From positions 1 to 53,417 of the IMG/VR virus record IMGVR_UViG_3300032278_000010: a stretch of 53,417 bases of DNA; one strand, written 5' to 3'. Position numbers and translations under genes: made by a program. The notes under the pieces were generated by a model that made no database searches, was not told the origin of the DNA, and worked only from the letters and a program-made list of their open reading frames with translations. This stretch comes from a virus (taxonomy: Duplodnaviria > Caudoviricetes). Of the stretch, positions 19,931-28,974 are shown piece after piece (within the stretch, counting starts at the first letter, position 1; the number at the start of each line of letters is the position of its first letter).

Positions 19931-20956
19931 TTAATTTCCAAAGAAATTAGCTGCATTTTTAGCAATCCAATCTTTAATTAAGGGATGATCGCGTAATTCA
20001 GGACGTCTTCTATATACGTCCTTGAGAGTTATAGGTTGGAATTCTTTTGGAAGTCTGCCATTTGCAATTAGGATTTCTTCAAGAATTTGTTCGGTACAAT
20101 TGTGAGCTAGCATTGTAGTTACTGCATACCTTTCGCTAGGTTCTTTAGGCACTTTCCATCCAGTTTTAGGATTCTTAAGTATTTCTTCAATAGTCGGTAG
20201 GCTTTGGTAGATATCACAATAAGTAGCTAATTCTACGGCTGCGCCTTCACCTACGGTTCCGGCTAGCCTAATTTTTGTTACATGATCTACATTATCTTTA
20301 CCTACTAGAATCTTTGAAGCAAACTCCCATGTACGAGGACAAGGGAATGTTAGCTCATTAGTTTGAGGATCGAATTTATGTAGAATTTCTGGTTTAAATT
20401 TAATTAATGAAATAATTCTATGATCGATATTATGTTCATTAGCCCAGCCAATCCATACCTTATGGTCTACCTGCATTCGATAGTGAGTTAGCCTGGATGT
20501 AGTAGCTGTGCTTTGAGTATTTACAATTGCTCTATCTGTAGTTAAATTTCCAGCAGCTGCTATTAAACATCTGTCATGTAGCTTATATTTATATACTTCT
20601 CTATCTAAAATTAGCTTATAAGCTGCAGCTTCAGTTTGTTTATTTCCTGAATTAAATTCGTCAAGAAATAGTAACCAACCGTCTCTTCCCTCAGGAATTG
20701 GATCTCCTTCAATTGGGAAATATTCTGGTATATGGAAAGTCATTCTTCCATCAACTACTCCTGGGTAGCCTTGCATATCCACAGGTTCACATTGGGATAC
20801 CCTGAAATCTATAACCTTAAGGTTAAATTCTTTAGCTATAGATCGAATAATATCTGATTTGCCCATACCTGGGCTAGAAGCTACCATCGGAGTAAGACCT
20901 ACTTTAAGGTCTTCGATAAGGCATGTTTTAAGTTGATCTGCGTTTACTTCAAACAT
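19931..20956 (-). CDS. MoxR-like AAA+ ATPase (N4 gp24-like)
   Basis: SSPGMGKS, LFLDEFN, AAGN, FPCPRTWE; partner of the VWA protein. Confidence 0.9.
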   Translation of the reverse strand: MFEVNADQLKTCLIEDLKVGLTPMVASSPGMGKSDIIRSIAKEFNLKVIDFRVSQCEPVDMQGYPGVVDGRMTFHIPEYFPIEGDPIPEGRDGWLLFLDEFNSGNKQTEAAAYKLILDREVYKYKLHDRCLIAAAGNLTTDRAIVNTQSTATTSRLTHYRMQVDHKVWIGWANEHNIDHRIISLIKFKPEILHKFDPQTNELTFPCPRTWEFASKILVGKDNVDHVTKIRLAGTVGEGAAVELATYCDIYQSLPTIEEILKNPKTGWKVPKEPSERYAVTTMLAHNCTEQILEEILIANGRLPKEFQPITLKDVYRRRPELRDHPLIKDWIAKNAANFFGN

Positions 20957-21621
20957 TAGTTATCCTCCAATAAATTAATTGTTTGGCGTTCTCCTAGGAA
21001 ATCTGGGACTTCTACATGTCTTGCTTCTTTTTTAATAGCTTTTCTTTTTACTGTTTCTGCAGGTAGATATCGATGAAAACTGGAAGGAAGTACTTCTCGT
21101 AATTGTTTATGAGTCCTATTTTTAGCAGTTAAATCTTGTAAATAATTTTGCATACGTGATTTTTCTCGTATTAATTTTATTTTTTCTTTACAAAGTTTCT
21201 CAGCATCTTCACGTACATTAGAATGTAATTGTTGAGTTTCTGCTTCTGTATTGCCATAAGTATTAATAGCTAAAGGATTAACTGTTGGTGTAGAAAATGT
21301 AACTTGCCATTTTTCTTGTATATAATCTAGATTTTCCCAAGTATTATCAGCAAATCTTGGTACTTGCGAAGTTTGTAGATCTTCTTTGTTAAATGTTCTG
21401 TCCCAGGGATATTGAATATTTACATGATAACTTGGGTATTTAGCAATTAATGAATCTGGTAATTGATTTAATAGAGGCTCATATGGGCTAAGCCAACATT
21501 GTCGAGAATTTTTAGCTATTTCTACGGCTCTATCTGCTAACCTTTTTTCTGTAGCTGTATATAAATCTTTTAGTATTTCTTGTCTCATTTGCATTAATCT
21601 TCCATCACTGATTCTGCTCAT
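20956..21621 (-). CDS. hypothetical protein
   Basis: 221 aa, coupled to the ATPase. Confidence 0.7.
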   Translation of the reverse strand: MSRISDGRLMQMRQEILKDLYTATEKRLADRAVEIAKNSRQCWLSPYEPLLNQLPDSLIAKYPSYHVNIQYPWDRTFNKEDLQTSQVPRFADNTWENLDYIQEKWQVTFSTPTVNPLAINTYGNTEAETQQLHSNVREDAEKLCKEKIKLIREKSRMQNYLQDLTAKNRTHKQLREVLPSSFHRYLPAETVKRKAIKKEARHVEVPDFLGERQTINLLEDN

Positions 21622-21814
21622 TGTTATCCTCCAGTAGATTTTTTAGACGATATTGATCAATTTGGCGTCTCACTTCACAAATTGAGGAATCATGCATATT
21701 AGCTACATATTGCATATTTTTGGCTATATCGAATCCATGAAGGCTACATTTATTCCCTAATCGCCATTGCTGGCAAGCTTTCATAGGGCAATATTGTACC
21801 ACAAAATTCGACAT
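21605..21814 (-). CDS. small Cys-containing hypothetical protein
   Basis: 69 aa, AGGAG SD. Confidence 0.6.
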   Translation of the reverse strand: MSNFVVQYCPMKACQQWRLGNKCSLHGFDIAKNMQYVANMHDSSICEVRRQIDQYRLKNLLEDNNEQNQ

Positions 21815-21874
21815 TAAACTTCTCCTTATTCTTAGTAATATTAAGTAATTTGGGTATTAGAATCTTAAGTATGA

Positions 21875-22090
21875 GAACTGTCCCCCTAGCCTCGTTGACG
21901 ACCTCGGACTAGCCAAGTAGTGGTACCATCCAGATAGTTCAAGTAGTTACTTGGGTTGATATAATCAACGTACGGGTATCAAGTATGTCTGATATAGACC
22001 CTCAAGGTATCCATAACCACTGCTTTAAGCATCAAACGATGCCTGATAATTGTGGAATTCGCCTGGTCTCCTTAGGACAATTCCAAATAC
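21875..22090 (-). ncRNA. candidate multibranch structured RNA or leader
   Basis: AGTGGT/ACCACT closing helix encloses three hairpins, flanked by further hairpins; no ORF in track. Confidence 0.45.
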
Positions 22091-22150
22091 AAACGGGTTT
22101 ATCTTGACTATTTTTTGACCAACTTAAACCCTTCTTGTATTTTTTTGGGT

Positions 22151-22191
22151 AAAAAAAAATGGACTCCCCTCCTGACCGTTAAGGGAGTCCA
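22151..22191 (-). terminator. intrinsic terminator after RNAP II gene
   Basis: TGGACTCCC/GGGAGTCCA stem followed by T9 on the minus strand. Confidence 0.8.
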
Positions 22192-22225
22192 CATGTTGCA
22201 CTGTTCGAGAATCTCGAACAATGTA

Positions 22226-23977
22226 CTACGAAAGCATATAGCTACTATTTAATATCTTAGTATCAAGATTGTAAGACATCTTTGTAAACTGCCATGCAGA
22301 ATTTCCAGTAATCTGACGTAAGATATCTTCCATTAGGTCACTACTAGCTATTTCAGCCATTATTTCCCTATAAGTCATTGTAACATGCTGCAAGTGATTA
22401 GGGTTAAACACAAAGCAATCATGAACATGGCTTAATTGGAAATTACAACGTCTAATCATTTCTCTAGCCACATAGCCATCCACTGAATGGATAATATTAG
22501 GGCAAAGAGACCTATAATTGTCAGATTTAGTTTGATGGAGCCACCTCAAAGGTATATCACCGAATTGTTCATCTGAGTATACACCATTAATCGGTTCTAC
22601 AACAGGTACATATACGTGATGATCATCTGGCATAATCCATTCGTGAGATGTTGCTTGTGGGTCCCAACACTCATTAATGGCGTCCATCACTTGTTCAGCT
22701 CCTGGCAGGAATCCGTCAATAACTGTATAGAATACTTTCAGTTCTTCTGCAGATAATAACTTCTTAGGCTCAGCTCTAGAATTATAGAAGTGAGTCATTG
22801 CAACTTGTTTTACGATCTTTCTAGATACAGGCTTAGATAGCTGTAGGTTCATTTCATTAGCTATCGTGTTATACACATCTACTCGTTGATCAGGATCTAC
22901 CATGTTTACTTGAGTAGCTGTAGCTTCGCATCCTGACAATGCAGCCATGACCTGAAGCCCTGAGGAGGTCGCATCTAGGCTCATTACATATCCCGTAGCC
23001 TTACACTCCTCTGTATCTTTAAGTGCTCTAATAGCTTTACGTCCTAGAATAGGCTCCTTCCAGTTAATGGAATCTGGATGCATTGCTTTAGCCCATTTAT
23101 ATCTATCCTGCCAAGTCAGGTTATCCATGCCTGCATGATTAGCAATTGCTATATACAAGTTTGGTAAACCAATTTCAGTGACAACTTCTTTTTTATGCAA
23201 CGATAACAAGGCTTTACCATATTCATTAGTTTGAAGATTAAGATCATAACCAGAAGAATAACTTCTTCCTCTACAATCATATCTCCATACAAAATGAAAA
23301 GGGATCCCTAAGTAGTCTTTAATAACTCTTAAGAATTTCTGTTTGTTCATTGCACGGTTAGTTTGCTTTTCATGCTTATAAGTTTCGGAATCGATTTCCC
23401 ACTCGGTTTCCTGTAATTTATTAATTACATCATAAGCTAAAGGCAAACTATGTTTCTTAAATTTGTTACCTAATACCAGATGTTTTGTTTCAAACAGCCA
23501 TCCGCCATTAGTATTATTTGTCCAAGGAATAGGCAGGGATTTCATAGGCGGTAAATACTGTAGCCTATCAATCTTCTGCTTTATTTTCTTAGTTAATGTG
23601 AGATTAGGATAAACATACCAATCTTCTTCCATTTCTTGGAATTGATACAATCCAGATTCAACACATTCTTTAAGAAGTATTATTCCCCACTCGAAAGCTT
23701 CTGCAGTATCATGAATACCCGCAATATGACCTAATTGAGCTGCTATAGCTTGTATCGGTCTTGCAACCTTATCTTTAAGCATAAGACTAAAGAATTTAAT
23801 AAAGATTTCTTTATTAGGAACTGGCCCTCTATTGAGTTCTGTAATATTATCCAATATAGCTAACTCCATAGAAAATGGAATGTTACCTTGGATAGCCTCC
23901 AATACTATTTCATCAGTAATTCTTGTAGACCACGATGTTTCCATCTGGTATTGCTCCATTTCCTTTTCGTTTTCCAT
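22226..23977 (-). CDS. T7-type RNA polymerase II with N4 gp15- and gp16-like halves in one ORF
   Basis: gp15-like QYLPPM and YDCRGRSY; gp16-like IANHAGMD; motif A LDATSSGLQ; motif B RKIVKQVAMTHFY; motif C VHDCF. Confidence 0.9.
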   Translation of the reverse strand: MENEKEMEQYQMETSWSTRITDEIVLEAIQGNIPFSMELAILDNITELNRGPVPNKEIFIKFFSLMLKDKVARPIQAIAAQLGHIAGIHDTAEAFEWGIILLKECVESGLYQFQEMEEDWYVYPNLTLTKKIKQKIDRLQYLPPMKSLPIPWTNNTNGGWLFETKHLVLGNKFKKHSLPLAYDVINKLQETEWEIDSETYKHEKQTNRAMNKQKFLRVIKDYLGIPFHFVWRYDCRGRSYSSGYDLNLQTNEYGKALLSLHKKEVVTEIGLPNLYIAIANHAGMDNLTWQDRYKWAKAMHPDSINWKEPILGRKAIRALKDTEECKATGYVMSLDATSSGLQVMAALSGCEATATQVNMVDPDQRVDVYNTIANEMNLQLSKPVSRKIVKQVAMTHFYNSRAEPKKLLSAEELKVFYTVIDGFLPGAEQVMDAINECWDPQATSHEWIMPDDHHVYVPVVEPINGVYSDEQFGDIPLRWLHQTKSDNYRSLCPNIIHSVDGYVAREMIRRCNFQLSHVHDCFVFNPNHLQHVTMTYREIMAEIASSDLMEDILRQITGNSAWQFTKMSYNLDTKILNSSYMLS

Positions 23978-24047
23978 AGAATACTCCGCGCTAAGAGTGA
24001 ACAGAAAAACCCCTTAAACCTGAATAGTCTAAGGGGCGTTTGAAAGA

Positions 24048-24065
24048 TCTAATCGGCGTAGCCGA
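24048..24065 (-). promoter_or_regulatory. vRNAP hairpin promoter for the RNAP II gene
   Basis: Template-strand TCGGC-GTA-GCCGA, 5-bp stem with GNA triloop. Confidence 0.75.
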
Positions 24066-24206
24066 CCTAAAGGAATGTAAGTTTATTAATTTAGTAATTA
24101 GCTAGTTAATGCTACTATAAGATGGCCTCCTATATAAAAGACCGCAAAACAAAGAGTTACTATAGCAAAATAATTTAAATATCTGTCTATTTCCATTATA
24201 TTTCTC

Positions 24207-24470
24207 CTATAATTCACGGTAACCTGCTTTACCGAGTTTTACCTCAGCTTCAGTACGCAGTTCTTCAGTGATATCTAAGGTTTGTTCTAAATCTTTAATT
24301 TTAAGTCTTAATTTACAGATTTCAGCTTTTTTATCATGTAAAGCATTTTCTTGGTCTTTAATTATTCCTAATAAACCGGAGTCGGATTCATTATTAATCG
24401 GTAAGATGTCTTTAACTAGCGGTACCATTCTCACAACTCTTTCTATGTTACGTAGTGATGGTAATTTCAT
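24207..24470 (-). CDS. hypothetical coiled-coil protein
   Basis: Start likely MKLPSL after GGAGG SD. Confidence 0.6.
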   Translation of the reverse strand: MKLPSLRNIERVVRMVPLVKDILPINNESDSGLLGIIKDQENALHDKKAEICKLRLKIKDLEQTLDITEELRTEAEVKLGKAGYREL

Positions 24471-24490
24471 TGCTCCTCCTTTGTTAGTAA

Positions 24491-24685
24491 TCAACAAATA
24501 GTCTCCATTTCGGGTATTGCTCTTATTTCTTCTGGATCCTCCCTGATACATGGCGTTAATTCGTGTTCTTGTATATACTTTTCTGCTTCATGTCGTGAAT
24601 CAAACTTAATAGTGCGTCCTTCTTCATCTCCCATTACTGCTGGAACATAATTAATTGGGATATTTTGAACTAGAACCCATTTCAT
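24491..24685 (-). CDS. hypothetical early protein
   Basis: 64 aa, GGAGG SD. Confidence 0.6.
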   Translation of the reverse strand: MKWVLVQNIPINYVPAVMGDEEGRTIKFDSRHEAEKYIQEHELTPCIREDPEEIRAIPEMETIC

Positions 24686-24699
24686 TAGAACCTCCAGGA

Positions 24700-24921
24700 T
24701 TAAGAATATGTTGGTTTATTTTTAAGAAAATCAGAAATAGGAACGCATCCGAAGGCTGAATAACTAGCACCTACTTCATTAAGTATTTTTATAGCTCTGT
24801 CTCTTTCTTCTATGCATGTTTGTTGTGCATGATACTCTCCAATATTATGGATGTATTCTACACTATAAGGTTGACTAAATACTATCATCAGAAGGATATA
24901 AGCGCTCATGTTAGTTTCCAT
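24700..24921 (-). CDS. hypothetical early protein
   Basis: 73 aa, hydrophobic N-terminus, two Cys. Confidence 0.55.
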   Translation of the reverse strand: METNMSAYILLMIVFSQPYSVEYIHNIGEYHAQQTCIEERDRAIKILNEVGASYSAFGCVPISDFLKNKPTYS

Positions 24922-25204
24922 TTCTTGGGGGTTTGTCTAAACTGTCTTTAAATTCTGCGTCTTCTTGAGCTAATCTATCCGCATTTTTTTCTAACCATTC
25001 ATGATAAGCATCAGCTACTTTATGCTTATCTGCCTGAACTTCAATACAATGATTGTATGAAGCTCTTTTTGATATATGTAACATACTTTCAATCAAAGAT
25101 TTTCTAGTATAAGTATCTGTATAATTTGTTGCTTTGTATTTACATTTAAAATACTCTTGTAATAGTAATGCTAATAGCTTATCAAATTCGTTACTAAAGG
25201 TCAT
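24911..25204 (-). CDS. hypothetical early protein
   Basis: 97 aa, GGAGG SD. Confidence 0.6.
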   Translation of the reverse strand: MTFSNEFDKLLALLLQEYFKCKYKATNYTDTYTRKSLIESMLHISKRASYNHCIEVQADKHKVADAYHEWLEKNADRLAQEDAEFKDSLDKPPRNGN

Positions 25205-25386
25205 CGAATTTTCCTCCTTTTAATCATGAACTGAGAAATATTTCTTCTTTGGGTCTCGTTTCTTACCAATCAAAGCTTTTTTAATAGCAATATCACTATT
25301 AGTAGCTTTGACTCTATCTATCTTAATTAGTTCACTTTTTGTAACTTCATAAATAGTATATCGCATTGGCACTATCCTCGAAAGAC

Positions 25387-25419
25387 GCGCCTTGCTCACC
25401 TAACGGTGAGCGCAGGCGC
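25387..25419 (-). terminator. stem-loop after HNH gene
   Basis: GCGCCT..GCTCACC-TAAC-GGTGAGC..AGGCGC hairpin; weak U-tract. Confidence 0.45.
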
Positions 25420-25441
25420 TGATTAATATCAGTAATAATAG

Positions 25442-26095
25442 CTATGCTGCCTTTCTTTTCTTTTTAGGTTTATAAAGTTTACCGCCATTCAACTTCTTTG
25501 CTTGGTTACAGTTTGCACATAATAGTTGGTATCTTTTCTTACGATCTGGATCTCTTAGATAATGCCTTAGTTCTATACTACCTAAACTTCCGCCAGATTT
25601 TATAACAGGATTTTCTATATGACCGTCATTGTAAACGTGGTCAATTTGAAAATACATAGGATCATTTTCTCCACAACCTTTGCATTTACCGCCTAACAGT
25701 CTATGCAATTCTTTTTTATTTACTTCTCTTTGGTCTTTGTACTTCTTTGCCATACGGTCAAAGTGTTTTCTCCTATAGTTTTTAGCCATAACTGCTGCTC
25801 GGACTGGGCATTTCTTACAGTACTTTTTAGTCCAAGAACGCATGCTTACTAGCTCATTACATCCTTTTGAAGAACAAACAATATCTGATTTGCTCTTGTT
25901 TGCTTTATTTAAACATTTCATATTACAAAAGTGTGTCTTTCTCTTACCTTTTACTTCCCATGGACATCTTATAAACTGATTACCACACATATTGCATTGT
26001 ATTAACCATTTCACTCGTTTTCTGGTATTTAATACACGAACGAATCCTGTGTAGTCGCCTTTCTTTACAACGTATGGTATAGATTTAATAATCAT
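25442..26095 (-). CDS. zinc-finger HNH endonuclease
   Basis: Several CxxC pairs; CKGCG...QIDHVYNDG...YQLLCANCN. Confidence 0.8.
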   Translation of the reverse strand: MIIKSIPYVVKKGDYTGFVRVLNTRKRVKWLIQCNMCGNQFIRCPWEVKGKRKTHFCNMKCLNKANKSKSDIVCSSKGCNELVSMRSWTKKYCKKCPVRAAVMAKNYRRKHFDRMAKKYKDQREVNKKELHRLLGGKCKGCGENDPMYFQIDHVYNDGHIENPVIKSGGSLGSIELRHYLRDPDRKKRYQLLCANCNQAKKLNGGKLYKPKKKRKAA

Positions 26096-26127
26096 TAGAT
26101 CTCCTTTAAAGTTACTATCTTATTCCT

Positions 26128-26162
26128 AAAAAAGGAAACTGGGAGCAGTACCCCCAGTTTCC
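26128..26162 (-). terminator. intrinsic terminator
   Basis: GGAAACTGGG/CCCAGTTTCC 10-bp stem followed by a T-tract on the minus strand. Confidence 0.75.
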
Positions 26163-26168
26163 AAATGA

Positions 26169-26543
26169 TTAGAACTCGGCAATAAGTTCATCACCATTAA
26201 TAGCTCTCTTAACATTACCAGTACGAGCGGCTTCCAATACTTCGTCTACGTCTGAAGAATCCAAACTAAGAGAAGCATCACCTGCAGTTACAAACCCGCA
26301 GAATTTAACTTCGGTATCAGTCTTATACATTACCTTAAGACTTTTACCCTCTGTTTCTAACAACGACATATTGCCATTGCTAAACAGGGACTTAACTTTC
26401 TCAGGCGTTAAGCCTTTAGAAGAGCTAAGATACTGAGCAGGTTCAAAATAACGCTCGGACTCGCCCAAAGTAAACCTAAGCTTAGGAGCTCTAGATTTGT
26501 CTTCGGTTTTAACTTTGTTATAAGTATTAGTTTTAACACTCAT
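26169..26543 (-). CDS. early protein with its own promoter and terminator (possible gp2-like RNAP II cofactor, by position only)
   Basis: MSVKTN start after GGAGG SD; monocistronic unit. Confidence 0.55.
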   Translation of the reverse strand: MSVKTNTYNKVKTEDKSRAPKLRFTLGESERYFEPAQYLSSSKGLTPEKVKSLFSNGNMSLLETEGKSLKVMYKTDTEVKFCGFVTAGDASLSLDSSDVDEVLEAARTGNVKRAINGDELIAEF

Positions 26544-26608
26544 AATACTAATTCCTCCAAATGGAATAGAATTTGGATATGCTGTGCCCTTGTTTGGGTT
26601 CACAACAA

Positions 26609-26624
26609 CCTACTAGGCGTAGCC
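26609..26624 (-). promoter_or_regulatory. vRNAP hairpin promoter
   Basis: CCTACTAGGCGTAGCC. Confidence 0.75.
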
Positions 26625-26721
26625 AGAACTTAATTAGATGTGAGATTAAACAGAAAGCAGGGTTTCATACTAAGGAGGGTTTTAGGCAGTAACGGCTCTC
26701 TCAAGCCGTTCTGCCCTGCAT

Positions 26722-27084
26722 TTACCACCAAGAAGAGTAATACACTTTATTACCCTCATTGATATAACCTAGAGCTTTAACACAAAACTCTAAGTCTTGT
26801 AATCTATAATGCTTATCTGCATTACCACCATAGAAGCATCCTGTTGTTTCAGGGAGTTTTCCTTCAATGATAGTACTAGCTAAATCATGAACATCCTGCC
26901 AAGATAGTTCAACAGGTGCACAATTGAATTCTCCTTTCCCGCCTCTCTTTCTCCAGAGAGCTTCCATATAACCTTGGAGGTTCGGGTGTTTCCTCCAAGT
27001 AGCAATATCTACCTGAACTTCCTGCGGTTCTCCATCTATCTCCCCGCCGTTCTCTTTAAAATAAGCAACTTGGTCTAATCCCAT
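26722..27084 (-). CDS. phage hypothetical protein
   Basis: MGLDQ...WRKHPNLQGYME...FNC...YYSSWW pattern, GGAGG SD. Confidence 0.75.
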   Translation of the reverse strand: MGLDQVAYFKENGGEIDGEPQEVQVDIATWRKHPNLQGYMEALWRKRGGKGEFNCAPVELSWQDVHDLASTIIEGKLPETTGCFYGGNADKHYRLQDLEFCVKALGYINEGNKVYYSSWW

Positions 27085-27115
27085 GATCTATCCTCCATGT
27101 TTAGGGTTTTAATTA

Positions 27116-27131
27116 TCTAATAGGCGTAGCC
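27116..27131 (-). promoter_or_regulatory. vRNAP hairpin promoter
   Basis: TCTAATAGGCGTAGCC; upstream ACCTGCC/GGCAGGT hairpin. Confidence 0.75.
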
Positions 27132-27472
27132 AACCTAACCTGCCCGTTAAGGCAGGTCAGTATGGTTGTTAGGATCGTCAAAGATGGTGTAATCACAACT
27201 TTGGTCATGTTCGGAGCAACCATTACAAATATCAGGTTCTCCTTTATAACTTTCATACTCGAGCTCTTTACCGCAAGATGAACATTTAAACGTATCAGGA
27301 CTCATTGTTATTCTCCTAAGTAAGGATCTTTCTTTAATTCAATGATTGTACGCTCAGCTTGTCTAGCTAAGGATTCTATTTTAGCTTTATGCCATTCATA
27401 AACCCAAATGGCTTTAATCTCGTCACAGCCCTCTTTCCAAATCTGTTTAAGTGCATCAAACATAATTACCTC

Positions 27473-27703
27473 CTAAAAGTTTATGTATTCTAGTTTAATT
27501 ATTACAGGATTTTGATAAATGGATAAAGTAATGGGATTGTCTAATGTTGCTGCCGCTTCTTCAGCTGTATTATATTCCCTGGTCGTAAGTACCAGTACTG
27601 GAATTTTTTGGTCTTGTCCGTTTTCATCTGGTCCAAGACTTATAGGTTTGTACATTGGATTGTCATGTTGATAAGCTATTTGGTATTTCCATGTTATAGG
27701 CAT
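27473..27703 (-). CDS. hypothetical early protein
   Basis: 76 aa, AGGAG SD. Confidence 0.6.
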   Translation of the reverse strand: MPITWKYQIAYQHDNPMYKPISLGPDENGQDQKIPVLVLTTREYNTAEEAAATLDNPITLSIYQNPVIIKLEYINF

Positions 27704-27752
27704 GGTTTCTCCTTCTAGGTTAAAGTTTATAGGTAATAGAGTAGAGTAAGGT

Positions 27753-28240
27753 CAGTGGTCGTACGCATCCACCTCACCCTAAAACGGGTGTGTTCCCATT
27801 TACTCTTAAAAGGCACCGCTCGCTAACTACCACTGGCTTGATGCAGTGTTCCGTAAATCTGGGGAGACGCTCACACCTACCTCTATTCAAATTAAGTAGA
27901 GGCAGCACCCGTATCGGAACTAGCCTAGTTGTCCTCTGCAATAGAGCACCTCGACCCTGAACTTGCGGTATACTGCCTCTTATATTAAGTGGTACGAGCT
28001 GCCCATTACATGAAGTCATCGTTAGATTGTTAGGCGTGTATAGCCTCTCTTATCTCGATGTCAACATGGGTCGTTAGTCTCTCTGCCACTTTATAGAATT
28101 TGTTAAGGCAATCAAGCCTACCGCCTTTGATAATGGAGAACGGTCTCCCTTTCACCTCTTGGGCTAGCTATCGGATTCTAGCTAGCTTGCATCACGCAAT
28201 CGGTAAGCCCCATAGTTACAGCACACGTGACCACTGTAAC
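27753..28240 (-). ncRNA. candidate large (about 490 nt) structured ncRNA
   Basis: Ends pair (CAGTGGTC/GACCACTG); many nested helices; GC-richer than flanks; no credible ORF; lies just downstream of a vRNAP promoter. Confidence 0.65.
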
Positions 28241-28361
28241 GCTTTAACTGAGGCTAAATTCAATCTTCCATAATAACCAATCTCCTAATTAAAGGGTGGC
28301 TAGAGACTATAGCCGTATGCTCAGGCTTATAGTCTCTAGTCTTGGGGTAAGTTTCTGAATC

Positions 28362-28377
28362 TCTGCTAGGCGTAGCC
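28362..28377 (-). promoter_or_regulatory. vRNAP hairpin promoter
   Basis: TCTGCTAGGCGTAGCC. Confidence 0.7.
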
Positions 28378-28699
28378 CAGTTTTAGCAGTTGTTGTAAAG
28401 ATCACATAACTTACCATAAGGGTAGTTATTAGCTGTTTCCCATTCATTAATACGGTGCGCTACTGTAAACATACTGCTTGTAAAAACAGTCAGAATAATG
28501 ATCCAAATTGCTAAATGTATTAGACTACGCATGTTACCTCCAGTGTTTTAAGAAGATTATGGCTCCTGTTAAGCCAATAGAGGCAATTATTCCTACCAAT
28601 GTATAAATAATTGTCCAAGTAGTTTCTATAGTCATGATGTCTCCTTCTTTTAAGATTAGACCCTACGACCAGCTAGCGCTGGTCTCGGGTCTTTAAAGA

Positions 28700-28948
28700 T
28701 TAATAATTATTTGCATGTGGATCGTTGATAACTGCGTTTATAGTTGCATGAGGATTCTTAACCTCAGAATCTAATATAAACGCGTATTCAGCATCCGTAG
28801 CATTCAAGCTATAAGACGCAATTTCAGGATGCCCTTCAACGTATCTATGCAGTTCCTGCTTGGATGGTGTTCCAGTAACCCAAGAAGGAACAAAACCTTT
28901 ACTCTTTAACTCAGTTGTTAAATGGATAATGATTTCTTTTAAAGTCAT
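28700..28948 (-). CDS. hypothetical early protein
   Basis: Start likely MTLKEII after AGGAG SD; followed by hairpin at about 28658-28692. Confidence 0.6.
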   Translation of the reverse strand: MTLKEIIIHLTTELKSKGFVPSWVTGTPSKQELHRYVEGHPEIASYSLNATDAEYAFILDSEVKNPHATINAVINDPHANNY

Positions 28949-28974
28949 TAGATATCTCCTATAGTTAATTAAGT

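Noticed and set aside
12422-21888. TGTCCCCCTA shared at 12422 and 21879
   Set aside because: A 10-mer match is expected by chance in 53 kb, and it lies at opposite ends of the two elements
27774-28019. 81-aa ORF
   Set aside because: No SD, atypical composition, lies within a densely paired region
28031-28045. TAGGCGTGTATAGCC as an eighth promoter
   Set aside because: Lacks the GTA triloop and upstream YCTAM; it is a hairpin within the candidate ncRNA
28070-28090. GCAGAGAGACTAA as a group I intron R element
   Set aside because: No matching S element (ATAGTC) found and no interrupted gene flanks it
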